Source of the DNA: Candidatus Bathyarchaeia archaeon | GTDB lineage: Archaea; Thermoproteota; Bathyarchaeia; Bathyarchaeales; Bathycorpusculaceae | NCBI GenBank assembly: GCA_050012755.1 | Contig: JBEKGO010000021.1 | Span: 1 to 46,220 of the forward strand | Length of the DNA stretch: 46,220 nt | Reading direction: 5' to 3' | The notes under the pieces: model-generated | Told to the model about the DNA's origin: nothing | Database searches by the model: none | What the model saw: the letters and a program-made list of their open reading frames with translations, nothing else | In this document: positions 1 to 9,395 of the stretch, piece by piece | How positions within the stretch are numbered: position 1 is the stretch's first letter | Layout of the letters: each line of letters begins with the position of its first letter | Program-made: the position numbers and the translations under genes

Positions 1-234
1 CTCTACCTTTATCAGGTTTATCGGTTTTTCATGACTGTGAATGCTTTGGCGTGAAGTAAATCCGTTTTTACCAAAGTAGTTAGGCTCATGAGTTACAACC
101 CAACTCCACAAGTGCTTATGTCTTCCGACTTTTCTGTGACCTTTGGAGCCACTATCTCGGTGTTGACCTATTCTACCGTAGCCCTGTGTTCTTGAACCTC
201 TAAATTTTCGTATTTTCCTAAGTTTATGCGGCAT
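1..234 (-). CDS. rpl15: 50S ribosomal protein L15 (uL15), runs off window start
   Basis: Not in ORF track. Manual translation from ATG at 234 gives MPHKLRKIRKFRGSRTQGYGRIGQHRDSGSKGHRKVGRHKHLWSWVVTHEPNYFGKNGF, the archaeal L15 N-terminus (RGSRT-G-G, YFGK-GF). Confidence 0.93.
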   Translation of the reverse strand, partial: MPHKLRKIRKFRGSRTQGYGRIGQHRDSGSKGHRKVGRHKHLWSWVVTHEPNYFGKNGFTSRQSIHSHEKPINLIKVE

Positions 235-235
235 T

Positions 236-682
236 TTAATCAGCTTCTTTATTTATTGCGGTTTCAGCTTTTTTAAGCTTGATTTCGAGCACACCATTCT
301 TGAATTTGGTGTACATAACGTCTGGAATCACTACCTCCGGAAGATTTAAACTTTTATAGTATCTACGGTCTTTTGACTTTGCCGAAAGCGTAAGTTTCTG
401 ATCTTTAACATGAATTTTGAGAGTTTCCTTGTTGAAACCCGCTATTTCCGCAACTATGGTGATGAAATTGTTCTCTTGGAAAATATCTATTAATGGTTTC
501 GGGTCCTGCAGTTTACGTTCTGCAAAGTTTTTGGATGGCCGAAACCCCGGGGGAACCGCTATTGATTTTGCACGGTAGGCATGTTCGGGTTTAGTCACTT
601 TGGGTTTTTCACTTTTTGCTGGTGTGTGTTTAAAATCTAGCCATTTGCGGTTTTTCGTTGTTCTACGCCATTTTGTGCTCAT
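236..682 (-). CDS. Hsp20/alpha-crystallin family small heat shock protein with basic N-terminal region
   Basis: PLIDIFQE...IVAEIAGFNKE...FKNGVLEIKLKK alpha-crystallin signature. Start placed at MSTKW (682); the longer ORF start at 826 looks spurious. Confidence 0.85.
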   Translation of the reverse strand: MSTKWRRTTKNRKWLDFKHTPAKSEKPKVTKPEHAYRAKSIAVPPGFRPSKNFAERKLQDPKPLIDIFQENNFITIVAEIAGFNKETLKIHVKDQKLTLSAKSKDRRYYKSLNLPEVVIPDVMYTKFKNGVLEIKLKKAETAINKEAD

Positions 683-981
683 GTGTGGTCTTTCCCCCTC
701 CAATTGACTAACGGATTTCTTCAGAGGTATTATAAAATGTATCGCACATAAAGGGTGTGAAAACACGCATTTCTCCTGAAGCAATCTACCTATGAAAATG
801 ATGATTACCTGCTTATTTCGGGGCATTCAGGGCTAACTTGACGTCTTCTAGAAGCCGAAAAATGACAAAATTACGCTCTAAACTCAACAAACGAGTTTGC
901 AGGAGTTTTTATTAAGGAATTGGACTATTCCCAAAATAATTAAAAAGCTAAGAAAACAAAAATGATGGTAAAAAGCTGAGC

Positions 982-1470
982 TTAGACCATACGTTTTACT
1001 AGTTCGTTGATTGCTTCTCCGCGGTAGCCGGCTTCGCCGCCTGCTTTGAAGCCCTTTTTGGTTTTGCCTTTGTATCCTTTGCTTGGCGGATGCAGCTTAA
1101 ATCGTGGTTCCACGTCTGGGAGCTTTTGGAATTGCACTTTGCAATTTACAATTGCTTCTGCGAGGTCATCGATTGATTTGTATCCTATTTTCTGGATGTA
1201 TTCGTCTGTTAGTTTTTTGTCGCCTGCTAATCTTGCGCGTTTCTGCAGCATCATGGCAACGGTTTCTTTTGTGGGTTCGCCATAAGTAATGTAGCTGTTT
1301 ACTCGTTGCAGCATTCCCATGTAGGCCGCACGACTGTCTATGAGAACCGCGTGGTTTGTGTGAACTAAATGGAGGAACTCAAGGGTTTCTCTTGTTTCTT
1401 TTTGTGCACGAACTGTTCCTCTGATTTTGACGACGACTAGGCTTCTGCATTGTTCAGTTTTCTGAGCCAT
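982..1470 (-). CDS. rpl30: 50S ribosomal protein L30 (uL30)
   Basis: VVKIRGTV, ITYGEP and FKLHPPSKG...GEAGYRGEAINELVKRM motifs; follows S5. Confidence 0.97.
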   Translation of the reverse strand: MAQKTEQCRSLVVVKIRGTVRAQKETRETLEFLHLVHTNHAVLIDSRAAYMGMLQRVNSYITYGEPTKETVAMMLQKRARLAGDKKLTDEYIQKIGYKSIDDLAEAIVNCKVQFQKLPDVEPRFKLHPPSKGYKGKTKKGFKAGGEAGYRGEAINELVKRMV

Positions 1471-1471
1471 T

Positions 1472-2128
1472 TTATTTCACCCAGTCCACTTGAGTAATCA
1501 AGCTATAGGTTTTTCGTAATCCGTCAAAGATTGCACATGCGTAAGAGGGCACCGTTCTTGTTGATCCGTAGCTTCTCATCCACAGGTCTTTAACGCCTGC
1601 TAAGCCTAAGATGACTTTGGCAACTTCACTTGAAACTAAGCCTAAGCCTCTTGGCCCTGGAACAATAACTACTCGAACACCGCCGCATTTTCCTTCAACT
1701 TGGAATGGAACAGAGTGGGGTTTACCGCAGCCGCATTCCCAACTTCCGCATCCGCGTTTTACTGGAATAATGTTTAAGCGGGCATTCGCTGCAGCCTTTT
1801 CAATGGCGTTTCGCACTTGGCTGGCTTTTCCTGATCCTAAGCCAATGTAGCCATCTCTGTTTCCAACAGCAACAATGGCTTTGAACCGAGATTTTTCGCC
1901 TGCATCAGTTTGTTTCTGCACTAAGTTTACGTTTATAACTTCTTCTTGAAGATCAGGAATTAATGAATCAACTATTTGGGATTCAGAAATCTTTATCCCG
2001 CTTAAGAAGACATCTTCAATAGTTGCGATTTTGCCTTCCTGAATCATTTTGCCCAAACGGGTTTTAGGAACCCATTCTTCTAAGTTAGGTTTTCTGTCAC
2101 TACCCATACGATTTCCAGTTCGACTCAT
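1472..2128 (-). CDS. rps5: 30S ribosomal protein S5 (uS5)
   Basis: WVPKTRLGK, VQKQTDAGEKSRF, RGCGSWECGCGKPHSVP. Confidence 0.98.
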   Translation of the reverse strand: MSRTGNRMGSDRKPNLEEWVPKTRLGKMIQEGKIATIEDVFLSGIKISESQIVDSLIPDLQEEVINVNLVQKQTDAGEKSRFKAIVAVGNRDGYIGLGSGKASQVRNAIEKAAANARLNIIPVKRGCGSWECGCGKPHSVPFQVEGKCGGVRVVIVPGPRGLGLVSSEVAKVILGLAGVKDLWMRSYGSTRTVPSYACAIFDGLRKTYSLITQVDWVK

Positions 2129-3003
2129 GCTTTCTTTCCACCTTTCTTGCTTGCCTTTTCTTTTGGTGTAGTTGGTTCCTTTGCTGCCGCCTTTGGCTTT
2201 GCTGCTTTCTTAGCAGGCGCTTTTTCCTCTTTTGCTGGAGCTTCTTCCTTTACAGCTTCTTTCTTAGCGGCAGGCTTCTTTGCTGCTGGTTTCTTTGCGG
2301 TTGATTTCTTTGCAGCTGGAGCTTTTTCAGGTACCTTCGCTGCCTTTTCCTCTTTTTTCTCAGGAACTTTTTCTGCAGGTGCTTCTTTCTCTAACTTTGG
2401 AACCACCTGTTTTCCAGTTTTGAATGAATCTGTAATTGTAGCCTTAACCTTAACGAAGTGCTCAGAGATTTTTTCAGGGGCAACACCTTGGGTATTGTAC
2501 TTTGAAAATTTGGCGTTGTATTCTTCGGACCCGGCACCTAAACTTTTAGCGTATTTTGCTATGTGTTCGCCCTTCATGCGTTCTTTAACAATTTTTTCTT
2601 CGCTGTGAGGAACATCCACACCAGCATCTAAAACGCCGCTTAATGCAGCAAAAATTTTGGCGCCTTTAGTTGGAGCAACTAAACCAATGTCTAAGATTGC
2701 TTCTTTGATTCCGTTAGTTTTCGCTTTAAAACCGCAAAGTAAACCTGTAAGGTAGGCCGCTGGAATGTTGCCAGTTGCTGCTTTCCATCCATAACTTTTG
2801 AGGAGTTCACGGCTGTTAGCTGCAGCTAAAACCTCATCTCCATGCGATTTAGCGATTGATATTTGTACTGTAATGTTTCTGTTTGCGGTTCGAGCAACAA
2901 GACGAGGCTTTCCAGAAACAACTAATGCCTTACGGGCTTGGTAATCAGTTTTTCCTTCGCGTCTGCGTCTTAATTTTACTCGATAATTGCTGCCTTTAGC
3001 CAT
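2125..3003 (-). CDS. rpl18: 50S ribosomal protein L18 (uL18) with long K/A/E/P-rich C-terminal tail
   Basis: YRVKLRRRREGKTDY, NIPAAYLTGLL, AILDIGL. Start MAKGS at 3003 overlaps the L19e stop. Confidence 0.97.
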   Translation of the reverse strand: MAKGSNYRVKLRRRREGKTDYQARKALVVSGKPRLVARTANRNITVQISIAKSHGDEVLAAANSRELLKSYGWKAATGNIPAAYLTGLLCGFKAKTNGIKEAILDIGLVAPTKGAKIFAALSGVLDAGVDVPHSEEKIVKERMKGEHIAKYAKSLGAGSEEYNAKFSKYNTQGVAPEKISEHFVKVKATITDSFKTGKQVVPKLEKEAPAEKVPEKKEEKAAKVPEKAPAAKKSTAKKPAAKKPAAKKEAVKEEAPAKEEKAPAKKAAKPKAAAKEPTTPKEKASKKGGKKA

Positions 3004-3458
3004 TAACGTTTCCTCCATAATTCATTAGCTTTCAAGTTACGTTCCAATTCAGCTATAGATTGGAATCTTCCGCTACCAGCCATTCTATAATATTGGCTGT
3101 ATGTTTCTTCGGTTATGATTCTGCTCGCTTTTAACTCACGAAGTTTGCGCCTTAGAGACCGAATCTTTAGCATCCAAGCCTCTTTCTTTGTGACTTTTGC
3201 GTAGCCAGCACCTGTGATGCTGCCGGGGCCGCTGCGTCTGCCCTTAAGTTTTTTTCCTCTGATGACTTTTGCCCTGGATCTGCTTACACCTTTTTCGGGC
3301 TGTGATACAATGATTTTTTCGTGAATGAGCTTTCTTACTTCTTCACGTGTAATTGCACCCTCAACATCGCCCATACGTTCAGGATTTATCCAAACGCGGT
3401 TTTGCCCAATTTTTAAGATTTGAGCTGCCAAACGTCTTTGGCTTTTTAGGTCGGTCAT
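3003..3458 (-). CDS. rpl19e: 50S ribosomal protein L19e
   Basis: LKSQRRLAAQILKIGQNRVWINP, KGVSRSR, WMLKIRSLR. Confidence 0.97.
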   Translation of the reverse strand: MTDLKSQRRLAAQILKIGQNRVWINPERMGDVEGAITREEVRKLIHEKIIVSQPEKGVSRSRAKVIRGKKLKGRRSGPGSITGAGYAKVTKKEAWMLKIRSLRRKLRELKASRIITEETYSQYYRMAGSGRFQSIAELERNLKANELWRKR

Positions 3459-4039
3459 TGTTTTTCTTCTCCTTTCTTTGCTTTAGGTTTGGTTTTCTTG
3501 GGTACTTTCTCTTTCTTTTCAGTCTTTTTTTCCTTCACTTCTTTCTCTTCAACGGCTTCTTCTGTTTGCGGTTGTTCTTCTGTGACTTCTTCTCCTTCAG
3601 CTGATTCCTCTTCTTTCGCCTCAGGTTCTGCTGAAACTTTAACGTTTAAGATTTTAACATTAAGTTTCTTGGCTTCTGCAATAATTAATGCACGTTTTCT
3701 TTTGCCGACTGTGTGTGCAATGCGTGCGGCTTGAGTAGTAGGGTCAACTGTTGATACGTCTTGGGCATTGTAGACTAAGACTTCTCGGTATCCTGATGGA
3801 TGTAAACCCCTGGCGATTTTCGGTCCCTTGTAGCCAACACTTACGCCAGCTGGCCAACCCTTAATTTTTCGTCGAATTTTATTGTCTAATCCTCTGGGTC
3901 TTCGCCAACTTATGCTGAATCTATCATACTTCCAGCTTTCGGCTCTAACGAATTTTGGTTTCTTGTTTTTAGCGCGAGCTCTAACTTTGAGTGCTTTTTG
4001 TGATAACGATGGTTTCTTTTCGATTTTTTCAGCAGCCAT
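3455..4039 (-). CDS. rpl32e: 50S ribosomal protein L32e with acidic/basic C-terminal tail
   Basis: KPKFVRAESW, WRRPRGLDNKIR, RGLHPSGYREVLV. Confidence 0.97.
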   Translation of the reverse strand: MAAEKIEKKPSLSQKALKVRARAKNKKPKFVRAESWKYDRFSISWRRPRGLDNKIRRKIKGWPAGVSVGYKGPKIARGLHPSGYREVLVYNAQDVSTVDPTTQAARIAHTVGKRKRALIIAEAKKLNVKILNVKVSAEPEAKEEESAEGEEVTEEQPQTEEAVEEKEVKEKKTEKKEKVPKKTKPKAKKGEEKQ

Positions 4040-4584
4040 TAGGCAATACCCTCATTTCTTTCGTAAACGTATATGCCGTCAAGGAAAACTCTCGGGTCTT
4101 TGTTTCTTACTCTTGTAGCTTGTTCAATGTTGGCGGCAGTTTGGCTTACATGCTCCAAGTTTATGCCTTCAACAATAATGTCGTCGGGTTCAATTTTCAC
4201 TTTGACATCGCCGATTAGATCTATGCTGCGTGCTCTTCGTTCCCCAGTGAAGTTTTCAATCAAAATAGATTTGCCTTGAAGCTTAACGGAGATTGGAAAG
4301 TGGGAGAACACGATTTTTAGCTTGTAAGTGTATCCTTTTGTAACGCCTGTAATCATGTTTTGAATATGTGAGGCTATTGTTCCTACAAGAGCGGCTTCCT
4401 TTTTACGAGGCCACTTTGCCCAAATACGAATATTTTTGCCGTCGCCTTCAATTGCGACTGTAGCGAAAGAGAAGTCACGCACCAAAGAACCTTTGGCGCC
4501 TTTAACGTTAACTTTCTTGCCATCTAGGCTTACGTTTACGTTATCTGGAACTTGAATGGTTTTTGAAATTTCTGGGAGCCGCAC
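4039..4584 (-). CDS. rpl6: 50S ribosomal protein L6 (uL6)
   Basis: HIQNMITGVTKGYTYKLKIVFSHFP, KDPRVFLDGIYV. Confidence 0.98.
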   Translation of the reverse strand: MRLPEISKTIQVPDNVNVSLDGKKVNVKGAKGSLVRDFSFATVAIEGDGKNIRIWAKWPRKKEAALVGTIASHIQNMITGVTKGYTYKLKIVFSHFPISVKLQGKSILIENFTGERRARSIDLIGDVKVKIEPDDIIVEGINLEHVSQTAANIEQATRVRNKDPRVFLDGIYVYERNEGIA

Positions 4585-4596
4585 AATTACACTTCC

Positions 4597-4980
4597 TTAA
4601 TATACGAAGGCTAAGAGCCTTCCTCCAAGATTCTTTTCTTCAGCATCTTTATGGGCTATTACGCCTTTTGAAGTAGAAACAACCATTATACCGACGTCTC
4701 TGGAGGGCAAATACTTCTTTTCCCAATCTTCGAACTCGCCCACTTTAGCTGGGTATCGTGGCTTAATCGGTCCACATTTGTTGATTCTGCCTAAGAGCTG
4801 CACCTTGAATTTTCCAGAGCGTCCATCATCAATGAACTCGAATTCACCTATGTAACCGTTAAGTTGCATTATGCGTAGGACTCGCCCCAGAAGTTTAGAG
4901 GCAGGGCTAATTATGCATTCACGCTTATTTCGCGTTTCGTTATTTTTGATGGTTATCAAACCGTTTGTTAAAGTGTCCAT
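4597..4980 (-). CDS. rps8: 30S ribosomal protein S8 (uS8)
   Basis: [38 protein letters not shown]. Confidence 0.98.
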   Translation of the reverse strand: MDTLTNGLITIKNNETRNKRECIISPASKLLGRVLRIMQLNGYIGEFEFIDDGRSGKFKVQLLGRINKCGPIKPRYPAKVGEFEDWEKKYLPSRDVGIMVVSTSKGVIAHKDAEEKNLGGRLLAFVY

Positions 4981-4993
4981 GTTTTTTTAACTC

Positions 4994-5158
4994 CTACTCA
5001 TATTTTTTGAACCCAAGTTTTGGGGCTGCCTCTCTGAAACAGTGACGACATAAATATAAATTGTACCGTCGAATAACTGGCCCATACGCGCCGCATCTTA
5101 CACATGGTCTTGAGCCTTTGCCATATTTCCGTTCTTTCTTCAGTTGCTGTTTTCCCAT
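4994..5158 (-). CDS. rps14: 30S ribosomal protein S14 (uS14, zinc-binding type)
   Basis: Not in ORF track (54 aa). Manual translation [54 protein letters not shown]; expected position between L5 and S8. Confidence 0.96.
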   Translation of the reverse strand: MGKQQLKKERKYGKGSRPCVRCGAYGPVIRRYNLYLCRHCFREAAPKLGFKKYE

Positions 5159-5174
5159 ACATTTATCCTCAGGT

Positions 5175-5717
5175 TTATTCGATTTGGACTCCTAATGTTT
5201 GTTTAATGAAGATTATTGATTCTTCAGGCGTTAACATGTGCTTGCGACCTATGGATTGCTGTCCTTTTCTGCGAATCTTTACTCGTTGCCCTGGACGATT
5301 CACAGTGACACAAACATCCATGCCAAATATGCCGATTTCAGGGTCATATTTTACGCCTGGAATTTCAATGTGTTCTTTTAATCCGAAAGCAAAGTTTCCG
5401 CGTAAATCGAAGGAGTTTTTTGAAACTTTGTTATCGACGACTGGCAAGACTTTTTTGAGGAAGTCAATTGCTTTTTGCTTTCGCAATGTTACCATTACTG
5501 CGATTGATTCTCCTTCCCGTATGCCAAAGTCACGAATAGTTTTTTTGGCTTTTCGTTTGACTGGTGTCTGACCTGTTATTTCTTTAAGCACTTTGTTAGC
5601 TTTCTCAAGAGGTTCCCCTGATTTTCCAACGTTAAGGTTAACCACAACTTTTTCAATTTTGGGCTTAAGCATCGGATGCTCTTCCCAAGTTTTAATCATG
5701 GCTTCTTCTTCAGACAA
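5175..5717 (-). CDS. rpl5: 50S ribosomal protein L5 (uL5)
   Basis: [37 protein letters not shown]. Confidence 0.98.
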   Translation of the reverse strand: MSEEEAMIKTWEEHPMLKPKIEKVVVNLNVGKSGEPLEKANKVLKEITGQTPVKRKAKKTIRDFGIREGESIAVMVTLRKQKAIDFLKKVLPVVDNKVSKNSFDLRGNFAFGLKEHIEIPGVKYDPEIGIFGMDVCVTVNRPGQRVKIRRKGQQSIGRKHMLTPEESIIFIKQTLGVQIE

Positions 5718-6474
5718 CTTCAGACGCCTCCGGTAAAGGTATAAGCGGTTCAGCTTCGCCTATGGAAAAAACGAAGCCCAAAATAGTTTGGTAACGAGCG
5801 CCATTCGCGTCTTCAATGACGACTAGGGCTTGACGACGTTTTTTGGCGACAGTTTTCTCGATCTCTACAATTTTTCCTTCTCTGCCAATGTTTTTTCCGC
5901 CGGTAATTACTGCCAAGTTTCCTTCCTTAGTTTTAATGCTTTGAACCACTTGTTTTTCTGGCAACGTCATCTTTAGGATATCAAATGAGCTGTAGGTAAC
6001 TTCGTCGGGATGCTTTGGGTCTGCAACTTTAACAAACAGGTTTGAGCCGTCATGAAGGGCAATCTGCACACCTTTTGGGGCAGTGGTCTTATCTTCAACT
6101 CGGACTAGTTTGAAGGCTGCTTCTTCCTTGCTTATTGGACTCAAAACCAACCCTTTGTTTGAGGGCATTATTCGGTAATATTTGCCTGCATCAGGCATGG
6201 AGATGACATCCATTATACCGACTGGAAAATCATCTTTTGCAACAATTTTACCGTCTACTAGCACTTTGCCTTGAGCAAGTATCAGTTTACCTTCCCTTCT
6301 TGTCTGTGCAATACCAAGCATATCTCGAAGAACAAGAGCTAAAGATAGACAATTATCCTGCGAGTGAGCACCACATGAGGGCTTCACTATCCAAGGCAGT
6401 TCTTTTCTGTGAATTGGCCAGAACCTTGGAGCTGGCTTACGTTTCATCCTTGCGGTTTTTCCTTTTTTACCCAA
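5710..6474 (-). CDS. rps4e: 30S ribosomal protein S4e
   Basis: KRKPAPRFWPIHRK, FPVGIMDVIS, ALHDGSN, ITGGKNIGREG. Confidence 0.97.
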   Translation of the reverse strand: MGKKGKTARMKRKPAPRFWPIHRKELPWIVKPSCGAHSQDNCLSLALVLRDMLGIAQTRREGKLILAQGKVLVDGKIVAKDDFPVGIMDVISMPDAGKYYRIMPSNKGLVLSPISKEEAAFKLVRVEDKTTAPKGVQIALHDGSNLFVKVADPKHPDEVTYSSFDILKMTLPEKQVVQSIKTKEGNLAVITGGKNIGREGKIVEIEKTVAKKRRQALVVIEDANGARYQTILGFVFSIGEAEPLIPLPEASEVV

Positions 6475-6476
6475 AA

Positions 6477-7229
6477 CTATTGTCCTCCTTCTTCAGAAAT
6501 TTTACGTTTAGCACGCGTCTTGGGAGCCGTTTTCTTCTCCACTGTTTCGTTCGCTGACGCTTCTTTTGATGTAGCGGTTTTCTTCGCTGCTCCTTTCTTA
6601 GCAGGTGCCTTTTCCTCTTTTATCGGAGCTTCTTCTTTTGCAGCTTCTTTCTTTGCTTTAGGTTTCCTTGCTGTGGGCTTCTTTGCGGCTGGTGCTTGCT
6701 TTTCTGCAACCGTAGGCACTGCTTCTTCCTTAACCGTCAACCCTTCTGAAGGTTTTTCCTCCGTGATTTCTTCAACTTTTGCTTCTGGCTTTTCTTTTGG
6801 TTTTTCGGCTTTCTTTGCTACTTTTGCCTTTAGCTTTTCTTCGCGTTCAGGTTTTTCTATTTCCTTCTTTCTGGCAAGGATTTCTTTTCGGCGTTTGTCG
6901 TCGAGGTTAAGGTTCCTTATTTGAACTTTGGATGGGTGTACTGAAATGAAGATGTTTGTTCCATCAGTTTTTTCGCGTGTTAATCCTTCAAGATATATTC
7001 GGTATTCGCTGAGGTCAACACGTGAGACTTTGCCTTCAAAGCCTTTGTTATCGCCCCGTTCAATGCGGACTGTATCGCCTTTTCTTACTGGAAGAGTTTT
7101 TGCGCCTCTTGAAGCAGCAAGCTCACTTGACAAGTGAGCCGCCATAAGTTTGTGGCGAAGGTGAGCTGGAGCGTTAAAAAGTCTTTTACGCTGTTTCTTT
7201 GGGTTTTTTATTCGTCTAGTTTCTTGCAT
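6477..7229 (-). CDS. rpl24: 50S ribosomal protein L24 (uL24) with ~130-aa K/A/E-rich tail
   Basis: PKKQRKRLFNAPAHLR, PVRKGDTVRIERG (KOW), VHPSKV. Confidence 0.97.
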   Translation of the reverse strand: MQETRRIKNPKKQRKRLFNAPAHLRHKLMAAHLSSELAASRGAKTLPVRKGDTVRIERGDNKGFEGKVSRVDLSEYRIYLEGLTREKTDGTNIFISVHPSKVQIRNLNLDDKRRKEILARKKEIEKPEREEKLKAKVAKKAEKPKEKPEAKVEEITEEKPSEGLTVKEEAVPTVAEKQAPAAKKPTARKPKAKKEAAKEEAPIKEEKAPAKKGAAKKTATSKEASANETVEKKTAPKTRAKRKISEEGGQ

Positions 7230-7239
7230 TATCTTGCAC

Positions 7240-7680
7240 CTACACTATTATGCTTGAAGCGCTTGCGATTCTTGGCCATCTTTCAGCTGCTTCTCTTGCG
7301 ACTGGCCCCCTGATTTCGGAGCCTTTCATTTCGCCTTCTGGAGTAATGATTACTGCTGCGTTATCTTCAAATTGAACCCAAACGCCGTCGATGCGTCTGA
7401 AGGTTTTTCTTTGACGAACAACTACTGCTTGGAAAATCTTTTTCCTCATGTCAGGTGAGCCTTGCCTAACTGAAACGGTTACTTTGTCGCCTACTGTGGC
7501 AGATGGGTAACGTCGCAATCGACCTTTATAGCCCATGGCTTGAATTAAACGTAGAACTCGTGCGCCAGTGTTATCGGCACATTTCATTTCTGAACCTGAT
7601 AAGAGACCTCGACTAATTTTTTGTCCGTGTGAAAGCATTCCTTTTGCTACGAGTGCTCTCTGTTTTGCCTTCGCCGCCAT
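7240..7680 (-). CDS. rpl14: 50S ribosomal protein L14 (uL14)
   Basis: CADNTGAR, AVVVRQRK, FEDNAAVI, KGSEIRGPVAREAAERWP. Confidence 0.98.
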   Translation of the reverse strand: MAAKAKQRALVAKGMLSHGQKISRGLLSGSEMKCADNTGARVLRLIQAMGYKGRLRRYPSATVGDKVTVSVRQGSPDMRKKIFQAVVVRQRKTFRRIDGVWVQFEDNAAVIITPEGEMKGSEIRGPVAREAAERWPRIASASSIIV

Positions 7681-7681
7681 T

Positions 7682-8002
7682 TTACTTTTCCTCTCCTAAT
7701 TTTTCAACAACAACAAAAGACACAGTCTTGCTGATTGGCCTGCATTCGGCGATTCTTACTCTGTCGCCTTCTTTAACATCGATACATGGTGTGTTGTGAG
7801 ATGCAATGTGGCCGTGTCTTCTTTCATACCTTTGGAATTTTGATGAGAACTCTAAGAATTTTCTGTCGACTATAACGGTTTTATCCATTTTTGCTGTCTG
7901 AACTATACCGTCTAGTACGCGTCCTCTTATTGCAAGAGTTCCGTGGAATGGACAGTTTCGGTCATCACATGTTTTTTTAGGTTGCTTGAAAGATAGGGAC
8001 AT
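7682..8002 (-). CDS. rps17: 30S ribosomal protein S17 (uS17)
   Basis: CDDRNCPFHG, KMDKTVIV, IAECRPISKTVSFVV. Confidence 0.98.
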   Translation of the reverse strand: MSLSFKQPKKTCDDRNCPFHGTLAIRGRVLDGIVQTAKMDKTVIVDRKFLEFSSKFQRYERRHGHIASHNTPCIDVKEGDRVRIAECRPISKTVSFVVVEKLGEEK

Positions 8003-8284
8003 TTACCATAACCTCTTAATGCTTTTTTTAAGCCGATCCTCAGGTCTTCCAACTAAAAGCTTACCGTCAATCTCTACGATTGAGCCGTCGCCAAACTCGA
8101 AGTTGAAAACGGCTTGATCTTTGATAATATTCTTAGTTTGACCCTGGCTAATCAAAGTGAATGTATTTTTTGTTTCACCTACAACTATGCCGCCTAAACC
8201 AACATAGCCCCCATGGGAACTTCTGGTGATTTCAGCGCCACTGCCAATAAACTCGTATCGGATAATATCTGGAGTTATCTTCAT
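8003..8284 (-). CDS. rnp1: Ribonuclease P protein component 1 (Rpp29/Pop4)
   Basis: EFIG, GIVVGETKNTF, VEIDGKLLVGRPEDRLKK; canonical position between L29 and S17. Confidence 0.93.
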   Translation of the reverse strand: MKITPDIIRYEFIGSGAEITRSSHGGYVGLGGIVVGETKNTFTLISQGQTKNIIKDQAVFNFEFGDGSIVEIDGKLLVGRPEDRLKKSIKRLW

Positions 8285-8625
8285 TGGGCAGCTGTCTCCT
8301 CGTTTTCTTTAGCTTCAACCTTCTTTGCTGTTGTTTTCTTAGCAGTTGCCTTTTCCTCTTTTGTTGGAACTTTTTCAGCCTTCTTCTTTGGCTTTTCCAC
8401 GGCTTCCACAACTACTTGTCTAATGCCCAATTTCTTTTCGTTTTCAACTGTTAATATTTGAGCAATCGTTTTACGCAGTTCTCTGACGCGTGTTGGGTTT
8501 TCAACAGCTCCGCCTGCGTTAATCATGGTTCTTATGCGGGCTAATTCTGCGCGTAAATCTACAAGTTTTGCCGCTCTGTCCTCAGAAGACATGGAAACGA
8601 TTTCTTTAATCCGTATTATTGCCAT
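8281..8625 (-). CDS. rpl29: 50S ribosomal protein L29 (uL29) with K/A/E-rich tail
   Basis: GGAVENPTRVRELRKTIAQILTVENE. Confidence 0.95.
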   Translation of the reverse strand: MAIIRIKEIVSMSSEDRAAKLVDLRAELARIRTMINAGGAVENPTRVRELRKTIAQILTVENEKKLGIRQVVVEAVEKPKKKAEKVPTKEEKATAKKTTAKKVEAKENEETAAQ

Positions 8626-9395
8626 TATTCTTTTGTCTCCTCAGTTTTTGGTTGATCTGTTACTTCTGTTGCCTTTACTTCAGGTTCTGGCTCCGGTGCT
8701 TTCTCAACTGGAGTCTCAGCCTTCGGTTCTGCCGGTTTAGGTGCTTCTGGCGCGGTTGCCGGTGGCGGTGCTGGAACGGTGACTTTTTCTTCCTCAGGGA
8801 ATTCGGTGGCAACAGTGATTCTGTCGGGGAAATATGCGTCTGGAGGCATAATTTTTACTCTTACGCCGATAATACCTGGTTTTAGCTGAACATGAGCTTC
8901 GGCTTTTCTAGTTGAAACTAATGCTGGTTCTCCGCATCTTGGGAAGTATCCAGCTCGGAATTTTTCGAAGCGTGCGCGTTCGGTTGTTAGTTTGCCGCTG
9001 ATAACTATTTCAGCGCCAAGTGCACCTGCTTCCATAACTTGGTTTAAAGCCCAAAAACCTGCGCGTCTAAAGTGAACACCTCGCTGAAGTGCTGAGGCAA
9101 CACGTGACGCAATAACATAAGCGTTGAATTCTGGAACTTCAATTTCTGAAACTGAAATTTGAGGGTTAGAAACTTTGAAGTTTTGCTCTAAGGCTGAAGC
9201 GAGTTCTTTTATGGTTTCTCCGCCTCTGCCAATAACTAAGCCTGGACGCATAGCGTAAATAACAACGTGGGTGCCAAGCGGCGTTTTAGAAATGTTGACT
9301 CCGCCATATCCAGCTCGGTCAAGTTTTTTTTGTAAAAATTCATCAATTTCTGTTCTTTTAATAGCTTCAGTTATAAAACGTTTAACTATGCTCAT
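8625..9395 (-). CDS. rps3: 30S ribosomal protein S3 (uS3) with P/E-rich tail
   Basis: RPGLVIGRGG KH motif, GAEIVISGKL, LKPGIIGVRVKIMPP. Confidence 0.98.
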   Translation of the reverse strand: MSIVKRFITEAIKRTEIDEFLQKKLDRAGYGGVNISKTPLGTHVVIYAMRPGLVIGRGGETIKELASALEQNFKVSNPQISVSEIEVPEFNAYVIASRVASALQRGVHFRRAGFWALNQVMEAGALGAEIVISGKLTTERARFEKFRAGYFPRCGEPALVSTRKAEAHVQLKPGIIGVRVKIMPPDAYFPDRITVATEFPEEEKVTVPAPPPATAPEAPKPAEPKAETPVEKAPEPEPEVKATEVTDQPKTEETKE

